Positions 19,075 through 29,599 are shown, counted from the first letter of the stretch. The stretch: DNA of 49,122 nt from Caulobacterales bacterium (GCA_044375455.1 JBILMQ010000001.1:1-49122); one strand, 5' to 3'. The notes: generated from the letters alone by a model not told the origin. Program-made: numbers and translations.

Positions 19075-19494
19075 ATGAACATCCCGGGTCATGCGTCGGC
19101 GGCCATATTGGGTCTGGCCTGTCTGGTTGGTCCAGCCTCCGCCGATCCTTGCGAGGGCCCGCTACCCGAACGGGCGGGGGTCATTTTTGCAGGAACTGTG
19201 CGCCACGTCGGCGATGGAGACAGTCTTTGTGTCGGCCGCAGCGCGGATCCCAATGACTGGATTGAAGTCCGGTTGGCGGACTTCAATGCGCCCGAGCTTC
19301 GTGAACCGAACGGTCCAGCCGCCAAGGCCGCACTGGTGCGGGTGACAAAGGGCCAAACGGTGGTGTGCCGCACCCAGAAGGGTCGCAGCGGGCGGGTCAG
19401 ATCTTTCGATCGGGTGATCGCGCGGTGCTCAATCGGATCTGACAGCCTTGCCGATCTGCTGCGGCGCGCCGGCGTGCGACCCGGGGGGAACTGA
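19075..19494 (+). CDS. Secreted thermonuclease (SNase-like) family protein
   Basis: Signal peptide MNIPGHASAAILGLACLVGPASA, then GTVRHVGDGDSLCV...IEVRLADFNAPE...RCSIGSDSLADLLRRAGV. This is the typical V.DGD(T/S) ... R..GiDAPE layout of SNase-like proteins. 139 aa. Confidence 0.7.
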   Translation: MNIPGHASAAILGLACLVGPASADPCEGPLPERAGVIFAGTVRHVGDGDSLCVGRSADPNDWIEVRLADFNAPELREPNGPAAKAALVRVTKGQTVVCRTQKGRSGRVRSFDRVIARCSIGSDSLADLLRRAGVRPGGN

Positions 19495-20691
19495 CCGTGA
19501 GCGGGGTCGCCGGCGCCCTGCCGAGGCCTGACCAGGATCCTGCTGCGCGGCGCTGGATTCCAGCGTGCGCGCCAGACGGATGCCGATATCGATGCTGCCC
19601 CCGGTCGCAAGGTCGGCGCTGGGGTAGGCGCGCAGCGGCAACTGGGGATCAGCGCCACAGGAGCCGCCCCGCAGTCTGTGCAGCGAGTTATTCCCGCCGA
19701 CGCGCCAAACCGATCTGACCGCTGACGCGCCGCGCGCAATCGCGTCAGAGGCGGATCTTTGAGGAGCGTCTGTCGCTTTCCGTCAAATCGTGCAATCGTT
19801 GCAGGGGTCCGCCTGGCGAAAACCATACTCTGCCTTTGATGTCTTTGATGCATCGGGGCCATGAACGGAGCCCTTAGACTGTCTCGCAGCGTCTTTACGG
19901 TCAGCCGATCCGGCGCCGGACCCTGGTGACGCGCCGGCCGCACGACCCCTTGCGGGCTTGCGCAGGCGCGATCGTGCAGGTCCAGCCGCCGGCAGGTCTG
20001 TTCGAGGGCGCCGTGCCGACCCGACCTCTCATTGCCCGGGTGAGTGAGGCTGAAGACAATCATAGTCTCGGTGCAAGGCCATGAGACAACGGCTTGGGCA
20101 CTTGAGGACGGACTGAAATGAAGTCGGATGACGGCGCGATCCAGTCGACTATCGTCTGGGGCGCTTGGGCTTGGATCCCGAGGAGGCGTCCGTTAGCGAC
20201 CTTGTTTCCGGGATCCCTCGGCGCCAGGTCGTTTCCGGGCCAGTGACAACGCATGCGGACCCGGCGGGGGGCATGAACTTTCGGTTTGGTTTCTGATCCG
20301 GGACCCCTGGCGCCTGTGTCTTTCGCAGCGTCGATGCCCGCCATTGACGCTTCCGGGACGCCGCGTCCGCACGAGGCGGTTCATCCAGACGCGCCCGAGA
20401 CTGCGGCGCAACGCTGCGCAGCGCCAAGCTGACCTCGCCAGGCCTGGCGACAGATCCCTTGAACACTCCGTGCGGGACCCTGCGCTGCGACATCAGGGGG
20501 ATCGGGGCTGTCGCTCCGGCGCCACGGCTTGATCGCAAACATGCATCAAAGGGCAATTGTCGCAGCAAACGAGTCGCTTCACGTGGTTTTCTGTTGTAGC
20601 TAACCGCCGGGCGCGTCTTGCGCGTTCGTAGGCACTCGTATGCTCGGGCGTCGGTTCCATGTGGCGCCGGGCCGTAGGAGAGGGGATTGGC

Positions 20692-21834
<1,143 letters not shown>

Positions 21835-21854
21835 GCTTCTGCGGCAAGAAAATT

Positions 21855-21887
21855 GGGAGCCCGGCTTGCGCCGGGCTCCCTTTTTTT
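21855..21887 (+). terminator. Rho-independent terminator of the ompA-like gene
   Basis: GGGAGCCCGGC-ttgc-GCCGGGCTCCC (11-bp perfect stem) followed by TTTTTTT, 20 nt after the stop codon. Confidence 0.9.
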
Positions 21888-22717
21888 GTGCATGACTGCG
21901 CCGCTTGGCGTGGGCTTCTGCATCGTTCGGATCGGGAAATGCGGGGCGGTGTGGAACGGGTCGGATTGGCGCCCAGGTGGTCGTGAGGACAGCTCGATCC
22001 TGGTCAGCCCGGCACGCCGTCGTTTGGATCTGTGCGAGGGGGAAAACCCGCGCGGCTCCGGCGCATACGCTCCGGTCCGCAAACCGTACGCACACATCTT
22101 CTGCTGCGGGCTCGGCCTCACCGGCGCGGCTTCGCCCTCGCGGCCCTGCGATATGGGGACGGACAGGTTTGAATGTGCGATGTTCCACGCCCGCAATCGG
22201 ACAGGCTGAGGCGGGCATCGCAGGGGCGGTTTGCTCAGACAGTGAGGCGCCTTAAGCCCTGAACCGTCCGGGGCCACATGTTCTTCCAAGCTGTGAATGG
22301 CGCGGTTCAGCGCCCGGGCGCCGGCTCGTCGCAGGGGCCATGAGCTGGCCGTGCGCCAGCACATCAGAAGTATGCAGCAATCAGAATATCTGTTTTGCCC
22401 TGCGCCTGCAGTTGCGGTTCAGATGCACGACGTCAGATGCGGCACGCTGCCCCGGTCATGCGCCTGCGCACCGGTCGAAACGGGGGTGTGCAGCGCGCCT
22501 GCCTGAGCGCCCTGTAGACTTGCGACACACGGACGAACACCTTTTTACATATCGCCGATTTTTCGATTCGTGAGGCTGGCTCGCCTTCAGGTCTGTCACT
22601 GACGTGACTGCCCTTGGCGTCCCATGGCGCGGCGAACTCCGGCTTGCCGGGGCCGGCCAAGCGGTTATGCTTTGCTCTGCCGTGCGCAAATGCGGCGACA
22701 CCATAAGTTACCTCGCA

Positions 22718-23965
22718 ATGGCTTTCCTCACCTCGGCAGAGAGAGCAGCGCTCGAAACAGTGGACGAGCGCGCCGATGAGGCCATCGCCACGCTTAAAGC
22801 CTGGTGCAGGATCAGTTCCGGGAGCCGCAACCTTACCGGACTGGCGCGCATGGCGCAGGCCTTGCGGGATGCCTTCTCGCGGTTGCCCGGGCGCCTGGAG
22901 GACGTCGCCCTCGCGCCCTCGCAGTCGATTGACGCGCACGGGCTGCGTCAGCTCCAGCCGCACCCCCCCGCCCTTCGCCTCAGTGTGCGCCCTGATGCCC
23001 CTCTCCAGGTCGCCCTGACTGGCCACTACGACACCGTCTTCCCTATCGACTCTGCCTTCCAGGACTGGCGACTTCTCAGTGACGATGTGATCAATGGCCC
23101 CGGCGTTGCCGATATGAAGGGCGGCATCCTGGTCATGCTGGAGGCGCTGACCGCGCTGGAGCGCCATCCAGATGCTGCGCGCCTGGGATATACTGTTCTT
23201 CTTAGCCCGGATGAGGAGATCGGCTCTCCGGCGAGTGCGCCGCTGCTCGCCACTCTCGGCGCCGGAGCTGCGTTTGGCATGACCTATGAGCCGGCGCTCC
23301 CGGATGGCGCGCTGGTTGGCGCGCGCCCTGGTTCGGGCAATTTCACCCTCGTGATCCATGGACAGGCTGCGCATGCAGGGCGCGCGCACCATCTGGGGGT
23401 CAGCGCCATTCTTGCCGCCGCTCGCTTCGTCGTCGCCCTGGAAGCTCTGAACGGCGTCCAGCCGGGCGTTATCTTCAACACTGGAAAGATAGATGGCGGC
23501 GGCCCTACCAACATCGTGCCTGACCTTGCTGTCGTGCGTTTCAATGTGCGCGCGCCAGACGCGCAGGCGCGCGACTGGGCCGAAAGCCAAATCGCCCACT
23601 GCCTTGGACAAATCGCAGGAGACAAACTGCGCGTGGAGCTTCTCGGCAGCTTCACGCGCGCGCCCAAACCGATGGCGGCGCCGATCCAGGTGTTGCATGA
23701 GATCGTCGCGGAAGTCGGTCACGATCTCGGCATGGTTCTAACCAATAGGCCCTCTGGCGGCGTGTGTGAGGGCAACAATCTGTGGGCGGCTGGATGCCCG
23801 AATGTCGACACGCTGGGCGTTCGGGGAGGCGCCATTCACTCTTCCGAAGAATTCGCGCATCTATCAAGTGTTGCGGAGCGAGCGAAACTTTCCGCTTTGT
23901 TGCTTATGCGTTTTGCAAGCGGTCTTTATGACGCAAATCAGCTGCGCCCCTTGGGCCAGGATTAG
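22718..23965 (+). CDS. M20-family metallohydrolase (ArgE/DapE/carboxypeptidase G2-like)
   Basis: Start taken at MAFLTSAERAALETVDE. Motifs LTGHYDTVFP, GPGVADMKGG, LLSPDEEIGSP and HAGRAHHLGVSA. It ends 22 nt before astA. Confidence 0.8.
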   Translation: MAFLTSAERAALETVDERADEAIATLKAWCRISSGSRNLTGLARMAQALRDAFSRLPGRLEDVALAPSQSIDAHGLRQLQPHPPALRLSVRPDAPLQVALTGHYDTVFPIDSAFQDWRLLSDDVINGPGVADMKGGILVMLEALTALERHPDAARLGYTVLLSPDEEIGSPASAPLLATLGAGAAFGMTYEPALPDGALVGARPGSGNFTLVIHGQAAHAGRAHHLGVSAILAAARFVVALEALNGVQPGVIFNTGKIDGGGPTNIVPDLAVVRFNVRAPDAQARDWAESQIAHCLGQIAGDKLRVELLGSFTRAPKPMAAPIQVLHEIVAEVGHDLGMVLTNRPSGGVCEGNNLWAAGCPNVDTLGVRGGAIHSSEEFAHLSSVAERAKLSALLLMRFASGLYDANQLRPLGQD

Positions 23966-23987
23966 TGTCAAGGTGAATGTCTAAGTC

Positions 23988-25007
23988 ATGGTGATTGTAC
24001 GTCCTGCGACCATTGCAGACCTCTCGGCGCTGCTGGAATTGCGTGAGCTTGCGGGTCCGGGGTTTACAAGTCTCGCCGTGGGCGAGGATTTGCTGGCGCG
24101 CCGGCTGTCGCAAAGCGAGGCGAGTTTTGCGGCCGATGTCGAGGGGCCACATGCGGAGCGGTATGTTCTCATGCTTGAGAACACCGCGACAGGCGCAGTG
24201 ATAGGAACCGCACAGGTAAAGGCGACAGTTGGTCTCAGCGCGCCATTCTTCAACTTCAAGATCTTGTCTCTCAGCCAGGCTTCAAATGCCGCCGCGCGCC
24301 GGTTTGATCTTGATGTTCTCTTCCTGGTTAATGAATTCACCGGCTGTTCTGAGGTCGGTTCGCTGTTCGTGCGATCAGATCACCGCCATGGAGGCGTGGG
24401 CCGTATGCTCGCGCAAGCGCGCTATTTGCTCATGGCGGCTGCGCCTCACCGTTTCTCTCGCATCGTGGTCTCTGAATTGCGCGGCGTCGTAAGCCCGGAC
24501 GGACGCTCGCCATTTTGGGAGAACCTGGGCCGGCACTTCTTCCGCATGGAGTTCCAGGAAGCTGATCGGCTTTCCGCAACAACCGACAATCAGTTCATCA
24601 CTGACCTGATGCCGAAGTTTCCGATTTATGTCGATCTCCTGCCTGAGGAGGCTCGTGCAGTGATTGGACAGTGCCATCCCGAAGGGGTTGGCGCGCGCAG
24701 GCTTCTTGAGTGGGAAGGATTTACGTATAATCGGGTGGTCGACATTTTTGAGGGCGGTCCGCTTGTGAGCGCGCCGCGTGATGACATCCGCACAATGAAG
24801 GAAAGCCGGCGCGTCATCCTGGCTGCAGGCGAGCCGCTGCACGCGGCGCGCCGCGCGCTCCTTTCAACCGATCGCCTGCCGGATTTCCGTGTGGTTCAGA
24901 CCCTCGCAGCGAAATTGCCTGATGGCCGTTGCGCGGTTTCATTTGAGGCGCGCCAAATGCTGGGCCTGAAGGCAGGAGATCATGCCCGAGTTTGGATAGA
25001 CTCATGA
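23988..25007 (+). CDS. astA: Arginine N-succinyltransferase
   Basis: MVIVRPATIADLSALLELRELAGPGFTSL... and ...GVGRMLAQARYLLMAA are typical AstA features. 339 aa, followed by astD and astB. Confidence 0.85.
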   Translation: MVIVRPATIADLSALLELRELAGPGFTSLAVGEDLLARRLSQSEASFAADVEGPHAERYVLMLENTATGAVIGTAQVKATVGLSAPFFNFKILSLSQASNAAARRFDLDVLFLVNEFTGCSEVGSLFVRSDHRHGGVGRMLAQARYLLMAAAPHRFSRIVVSELRGVVSPDGRSPFWENLGRHFFRMEFQEADRLSATTDNQFITDLMPKFPIYVDLLPEEARAVIGQCHPEGVGARRLLEWEGFTYNRVVDIFEGGPLVSAPRDDIRTMKESRRVILAAGEPLHAARRALLSTDRLPDFRVVQTLAAKLPDGRCAVSFEARQMLGLKAGDHARVWIDS

Positions 25008-26461
25008 ACACAGACCTGTTCATCAACGGCGCCTGGAAAGAGGGCGCTGGTCCATTGCTGACGTCGCTCGATCCCGCCACCGACGCGATCGTATGGCAGG
25101 GACGCGCAGCCTCTGCGAGGGATGTCGCAGATGCGGTTGCTGCTGCGCGTGCCGCATTTCCTGCCTGGTCGCGCCGCCCCAATGCGGAGCGCATTGCCAT
25201 CGTGCAGGCCTATGGGGAAGTGGTGAAGGCGCGATCGCATCAGCTGACGCAGCTGATCGCGCGTGAGACCGGAAAGACACGCAGCGACGCCGCCGGCGAA
25301 GTCGCCGCAATGATCGGCAAGATACCTATTTCGGTGCGTGCGCAGGCCGAGCGCGCCGGCGAAAGATCAGAGCTGACCGCCTTTGGTGAGGCGCGTCTGA
25401 CCCATCGCGCGCATGGCGTCATGGCGGTTCTTGGGCCGTTCAACTTTCCGGGACATCTGCCCAATGGCCACATCGTCCCGGCGTTGCTCGCAGGCGACAC
25501 TGTGGTGTTCAAACCGAGCGAATTCACACCTGGCGTAGCCGAGGCCATGGTCGCGTGCTGGCAGGAGGCGAGACTTCCCGCAGGCGTGCTCAACCTCGTT
25601 CACGGTGGCCATGACGCAGGTGGCGCGCTCCTCGACCACCCCGGCATATCCGGCGTTCTGTTTACGGGTTCAGCGCGGACTGGTTGCCTCATTCATGCGA
25701 AATTCGCGGGCCGGCCCGATGTCATCCTGGCCCTTGAAATGGGCGGCAATAACCCGCTGATTGTCTGGCCCGACGCTGATCTTGAAGCGGCGGCAGACAT
25801 TGTGGTTGTGTCCGCCTTCCAGTCGAGCGGTCAGCGCTGCTCCTGTGCGCGACGCCTGATCGTGCCCTCCGGAGACTTCGGGCAGGCGGTCACGGCGGCT
25901 GTTGCGCGCAGACTTGCCGGCCTTGTCATCGGGTCCTGGGACAGCCAGCCTGAGCCCTTCATGGGGCCGTTGATCCATGCGGGTGCAGCCGCACAGTCTC
26001 TAAGCTTTCAGGCTGATCTCATCGCGCGCGGCGGCGAGGTGATCACGCCCTTGACCCGCCGCGAAAACGGTTCGTTCGTGACGCCCGGGCTGATCGACAT
26101 GACCCGGGCGGGCTCGGCGCCCGACGAGGAACTCTTCGCACCTTTGCTGCAGGTCTACCGTGTGGAAACCTTTGAGGATGCGCTCCTGCTGGCCAACACC
26201 ACGCGCTTCGGCCTGTCCGGCGGACTCGTCAGCGATGACCCGAGGCTTTGGGAGATGGCAAAGGAACGGCTGCGGGTCGGTATTTTGAACTGGAACCGTC
26301 CGACCACGGGTGCGGCAGGATCCATGCCCTTCGGTGGTCCGGGTCTGTCCGGAAACGGACGGCCGTCTGCGTATTATGCGGCTGATTACTGCGCTTATCC
26401 TGTCGCCAGCCAGATGTCAGCCAGGGCGCATCGGATTGACCTTCCTGGCATGCCCACATGA
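25004..26461 (+). CDS. astD: N-succinylglutamate 5-semialdehyde dehydrogenase
   Basis: Aldehyde dehydrogenase motifs (FKPSEFTPG, LEMGGNNP, SSGQRCSCARRL). ATG 25004 forms an ATGA overlap with the astA stop. The assignment rests on the ast context. Confidence 0.85.
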   Translation: MNTDLFINGAWKEGAGPLLTSLDPATDAIVWQGRAASARDVADAVAAARAAFPAWSRRPNAERIAIVQAYGEVVKARSHQLTQLIARETGKTRSDAAGEVAAMIGKIPISVRAQAERAGERSELTAFGEARLTHRAHGVMAVLGPFNFPGHLPNGHIVPALLAGDTVVFKPSEFTPGVAEAMVACWQEARLPAGVLNLVHGGHDAGGALLDHPGISGVLFTGSARTGCLIHAKFAGRPDVILALEMGGNNPLIVWPDADLEAAADIVVVSAFQSSGQRCSCARRLIVPSGDFGQAVTAAVARRLAGLVIGSWDSQPEPFMGPLIHAGAAAQSLSFQADLIARGGEVITPLTRRENGSFVTPGLIDMTRAGSAPDEELFAPLLQVYRVETFEDALLLANTTRFGLSGGLVSDDPRLWEMAKERLRVGILNWNRPTTGAAGSMPFGGPGLSGNGRPSAYYAADYCAYPVASQMSARAHRIDLPGMPT

Positions 26462-27792
26462 CAGCCGTCGAAGCGAATTTCGACGGACTTGTGGGTCCGA
26501 CGCACAACTACGGGGGCCTCAGTCGCGGCAATCTGGCAAGCGCAGCCAACAAGAACGAGACGTCCAATCCCCGCGAAGCCGCGCTGCAGGGTCTGGCGAA
26601 AATGAAGCGCCTCGCCGAACTGGGTCTCGTGCAGGGCATCCTGCCGCCCCAGGAACGGCCCTTCATGCCGGCTGTGCGAGCGCTTGGCTTCACCGGCTCT
26701 GACAGACAGGCCTGGAGCGATCTGTGGCGCGCAGACCCCCTCATGGCGCGCAATCTTGCCGCAGCAAGCGCGATGTGGGCAGCCAACGCCGGAACGGTCA
26801 GCGCCAGTCCGGATTGCCGGGACGCACGCGTGCATGTCAGCGCTGCCAATCTCATCTCCATGCTGCACCGCTCCTTTGAGGGGGAGGCTACGGCCCGGGC
26901 GCTCGCGCGGGTGTTTGGGGATCCGGCGCATTTTGAGGTGCATGCGCCGTTGCCCTGCCACGCGGCCTTCGCCGATGAAGGTGCGGCGAATTTCATGCGA
27001 TTGGCTGGCGAGCACGCCGATCCAGGCGTCGAATGCTTCGTCTACGGGCGCAACGCGTCGGATCTGTCTGATCCTGGTTTTCCTGCGCGCCAGACCCAAG
27101 AAGCCTGCGCCGCCATCGCCCGCCGTCACGGGGTTGAGCGCGCGGTTTACGTGCGTCAGGCGCGCGCCGCCATTGCGGCGGGCGCATTCCACAATGACGT
27201 TGTCGCCGTGGCCAACCGTCATGTCCTGTTCGCGCATGAACAGGCCTTTGAAGAGCCAAGGCTCGTTGAGGCGCAGATCCGGACTGCCGCCAGGGGGCTG
27301 TTCGAGCCTGTTTTCATCAGTGTTCCCGCCGCCCAGGTTCCGCTCGGCCACGCGATCCGCAGCTACCTGTTCAATTCGCAACTTGTCGACATGCCGGGTC
27401 GCGATCGCATGACGCTGGTGGTTCCAGAGGAAACCCGCGAGAACGAAGCAAGCTGGCGCTGGTTGCAGGCGCTGATCGCCGGGAATGGCCCGATAGGATA
27501 TCTCGAAGTGGTCAATGTGCGCCAGAGCATGCGTAATGGCGGGGGGCCGGCCTGTCTTCGCCTGCGTGTGGTTCTGACGCTGGCTGAGCGGCATGCAGCC
27601 GCTCAGGGATTTTTCCTGACCGATGCGCTTTATGAGCAACTGACGTCTTGGGTCAGGCAGCACTACCGCGATCACCTTTCACCTGATGATCTTGGTGATC
27701 CGGATCTTGTCGATGAGACGCAGTGCGCGCTTGACGCACTATGCGCCATTCTACCGCTTGGAAGCGACTTCTACGCTTTCCAACGCGCCTGA
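26458..27792 (+). CDS. astB: N-succinylarginine dihydrolase
   Basis: EANFDGLVGPTHNYGGLSRGNLASAANK..., AFHNDVVAV and ...MRNGGGPACLRLRV (catalytic Cys). ATGA overlap with astD. Confidence 0.9.
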   Translation: MTAVEANFDGLVGPTHNYGGLSRGNLASAANKNETSNPREAALQGLAKMKRLAELGLVQGILPPQERPFMPAVRALGFTGSDRQAWSDLWRADPLMARNLAAASAMWAANAGTVSASPDCRDARVHVSAANLISMLHRSFEGEATARALARVFGDPAHFEVHAPLPCHAAFADEGAANFMRLAGEHADPGVECFVYGRNASDLSDPGFPARQTQEACAAIARRHGVERAVYVRQARAAIAAGAFHNDVVAVANRHVLFAHEQAFEEPRLVEAQIRTAARGLFEPVFISVPAAQVPLGHAIRSYLFNSQLVDMPGRDRMTLVVPEETRENEASWRWLQALIAGNGPIGYLEVVNVRQSMRNGGGPACLRLRVVLTLAERHAAAQGFFLTDALYEQLTSWVRQHYRDHLSPDDLGDPDLVDETQCALDALCAILPLGSDFYAFQRA

Positions 27793-27822
27793 GCGCTATT
27801 TCCTGAGCGCTATTTCCTGAGG
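27789..27822. repeat. Perfect tandem duplication, 14-bp unit CTGAGCGCTATTTC x2.4, spanning both convergent stop codons
   Basis: Read directly: cctgagcgctatttcctgagcgctatttcctgagg. Copy 1 holds the astB TGA. Copy 2 holds the TAG (comp.) of the oxygenase gene. Confidence 0.95.
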
Positions 27823-28739
27823 CCGATTGCGGCAAGCCGCTCGGCGAGGAATTGGCCGGCGGTGATTGGCTCGAACTCTGGGCCAGCGCCGCGGCAGCTG
27901 TCGAGGCAGGCAAGCGAGGCATCATTTCGCGGATGCATGAAGAACGGCATTGAGTAGCGGCTGGTGTTGACCGCGCCCGGGTTGACCACGCGGTGGGTCG
28001 TCGCTGGGATGACGCCATTTGTCAGGCGCGCAAGCATATCGCCGGAATCGACGATGAGATTATCTGGCGGCGTCTCTACAGGCAGCCATCGCCCGTCGCG
28101 ATCGAGAAGTTCAAGTCCGGCGCCTTGTGCAGCCACGAGGATGGTCAGAAAATTGATATCTTCATGAGCCGCCGCACGCATAGACCCCGGCGCCACGCCG
28201 CCTGGAACCGGCGGGTAGTGTAACAACCGCAGAAGGGAAGGCCCCCCCGTCAGGATCGGGTCGAAATATCCGCGCGGCAGACCCAGTTGCGGGGCGAGCG
28301 CTTGCATCAGGGTATATCCGGTCTCATGCAGCGCCTGAAACAGGGCCTCGAATGTCGCCCGGAAATCCTCCGGATCATTGGGCCAAATGTTGGGCGGGCA
28401 CAGCGGATCGTTCAGCGTATCGACGCCTGGCGGACCAATCTGCCAAAATTCCTTCAGATCAGGAAGCCCGCTGTCCTTGGCGTGTTCCGTTCCGAACGGG
28501 GTATAGCCGCGCAGGCCGGAGGCATGTCGCATTTTTTCTTCGTGCGGCAATTCGAACAATGCAATGCTGAGCCGATACGCCTTTTGCAGCAAATCACGAT
28601 CGACCCCATGGTCGGTCAGTATGACGAAGCCGTATTCCTGCAGGCCTTTCATCAGATGGCTGCTGAAGCTATCCTGGGCGGACGGGTCGCCGGAGAGATA
28701 TTCCGCCATGCTCAGTTCAGGCACGCGCCGCATCGACAT
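27810..28739 (-). CDS. 2-oxoglutarate/Fe(II)-dependent oxygenase (isopenicillin N synthase-like family)
   Basis: Start MSMRRVPELSMAEYL at 28739 shares one base with the rbsK stop (TGATG). Motifs LLRLLHYPP, AAHEDINFLTILV (HxD), TNGVIPATTHRV (distal His) and SRYSMPFF (2OG-binding R.S). Confidence 0.8.
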   Translation of the reverse strand: MSMRRVPELSMAEYLSGDPSAQDSFSSHLMKGLQEYGFVILTDHGVDRDLLQKAYRLSIALFELPHEEKMRHASGLRGYTPFGTEHAKDSGLPDLKEFWQIGPPGVDTLNDPLCPPNIWPNDPEDFRATFEALFQALHETGYTLMQALAPQLGLPRGYFDPILTGGPSLLRLLHYPPVPGGVAPGSMRAAAHEDINFLTILVAAQGAGLELLDRDGRWLPVETPPDNLIVDSGDMLARLTNGVIPATTHRVVNPGAVNTSRYSMPFFMHPRNDASLACLDSCRGAGPEFEPITAGQFLAERLAAIGLRK

Positions 28740-29599
28740 CACTGCGCTGCCAAAAGTGCATCTACCTGGGCTCGATAGGGCAACGCCGTTTGCGCGCCAG
28801 GCTTTAGCGTCGCGGCCGCGCCCGCGGCGCATGCCAGTTCGAGCGCAGTTTGGACATCGACGTTTTGCGCCAGCGCGACAGTGATCATGGCGACGAAGCA
28901 ATCTCCTGCGCCGGTGGTGTCAATCGGCGCGACCCTCGGCGGGCGGGCGCGGGCGATTTCCACGCCGTTGCGCGTCATGACCGCTCCCTCGCCGCCAAGG
29001 GTTGTAACGATCATGGCCTTAAGCCCATCGAGTCGCCGGCCGTAGAACCTCGCCTCAATCTCATTGACCACGAGCACATCCGCGCGCTTGAGGATCACCT
29101 CCGGCAGCTCGCGTGCGGGCGCGAGATTGACGACAAACAAGCCAGGTGCTCCGGCGGCGGCCGCAGCCACGGTCTCGACCGGCGTCTCCAACTGGCAGAT
29201 CACGGCGTCCGCGCCAGTCAGGCCGACTGCTTTAGGCGACAGCAGACGGTTTGCCCCTGGCGCAACGATGATCTGGTTTGCGCCGTTCTTATCGACGGCA
29301 ATGAGGGCGACCCCGGTCGGTGCGTCCCGGGTTCTTAGAACGCCGGACAGATCGACCCCGTCGCGCTGCAAGAGCGCCAGCGCCGCCTCGGCGTGCGCAT
29401 CGGTTCCCACACAGGCGATGAGGCGCACGTCTGCGCCAAGCCGGCGCGCCGCCAGCGCTTGATTCGCACCCTTTCCACCTGGGTGTTCGGCGAGCGTGGC
29501 GTCAGTGATGGTCTCCCCAGGCGCCGGCAGGCGCGCGCCCGTCGCGACGATATCCAGGTTGACGGAGCCGACAACAGTAATCCGGGGTGTCGAGGTCAC
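28739..29599 (-). CDS. rbsK: Ribokinase
   Basis: ITVVGSVNLDIV, PGETI..., HPGGKGANQALAARRLG and DTTGAGDCFVA. Its start overlaps the stop of the upstream nucleoside hydrolase by 4 nt. Confidence 0.88.
   Translation of the reverse strand: MTSTPRITVVGSVNLDIVATGARLPAPGETITDATLAEHPGGKGANQALAARRLGADVRLIACVGTDAHAEAALALLQRDGVDLSGVLRTRDAPTGVALIAVDKNGANQIIVAPGANRLLSPKAVGLTGADAVICQLETPVETVAAAAAGAPGLFVVNLAPARELPEVILKRADVLVVNEIEARFYGRRLDGLKAMIVTTLGGEGAVMTRNGVEIARARPPRVAPIDTTGAGDCFVAMITVALAQNVDVQTALELACAAGAAATLKPGAQTALPYRAQVDALLAAQ

Noticed and set aside
19089-20063. 324-aa minus-strand ORF covering the SNase gene and part of the ORF-free region
   Set aside because: The first part is antisense to the nuclease gene. 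The remainder is Arg-rich with no recognisable domain, so it is treated as non-coding or unknown (see the finding at 19495..20691).
22433-23722. 429-aa minus-strand ORF
   Set aside because: It is antisense to the M20 hydrolase, which has clear metal-binding motifs. The composition is typical of shadow frames.
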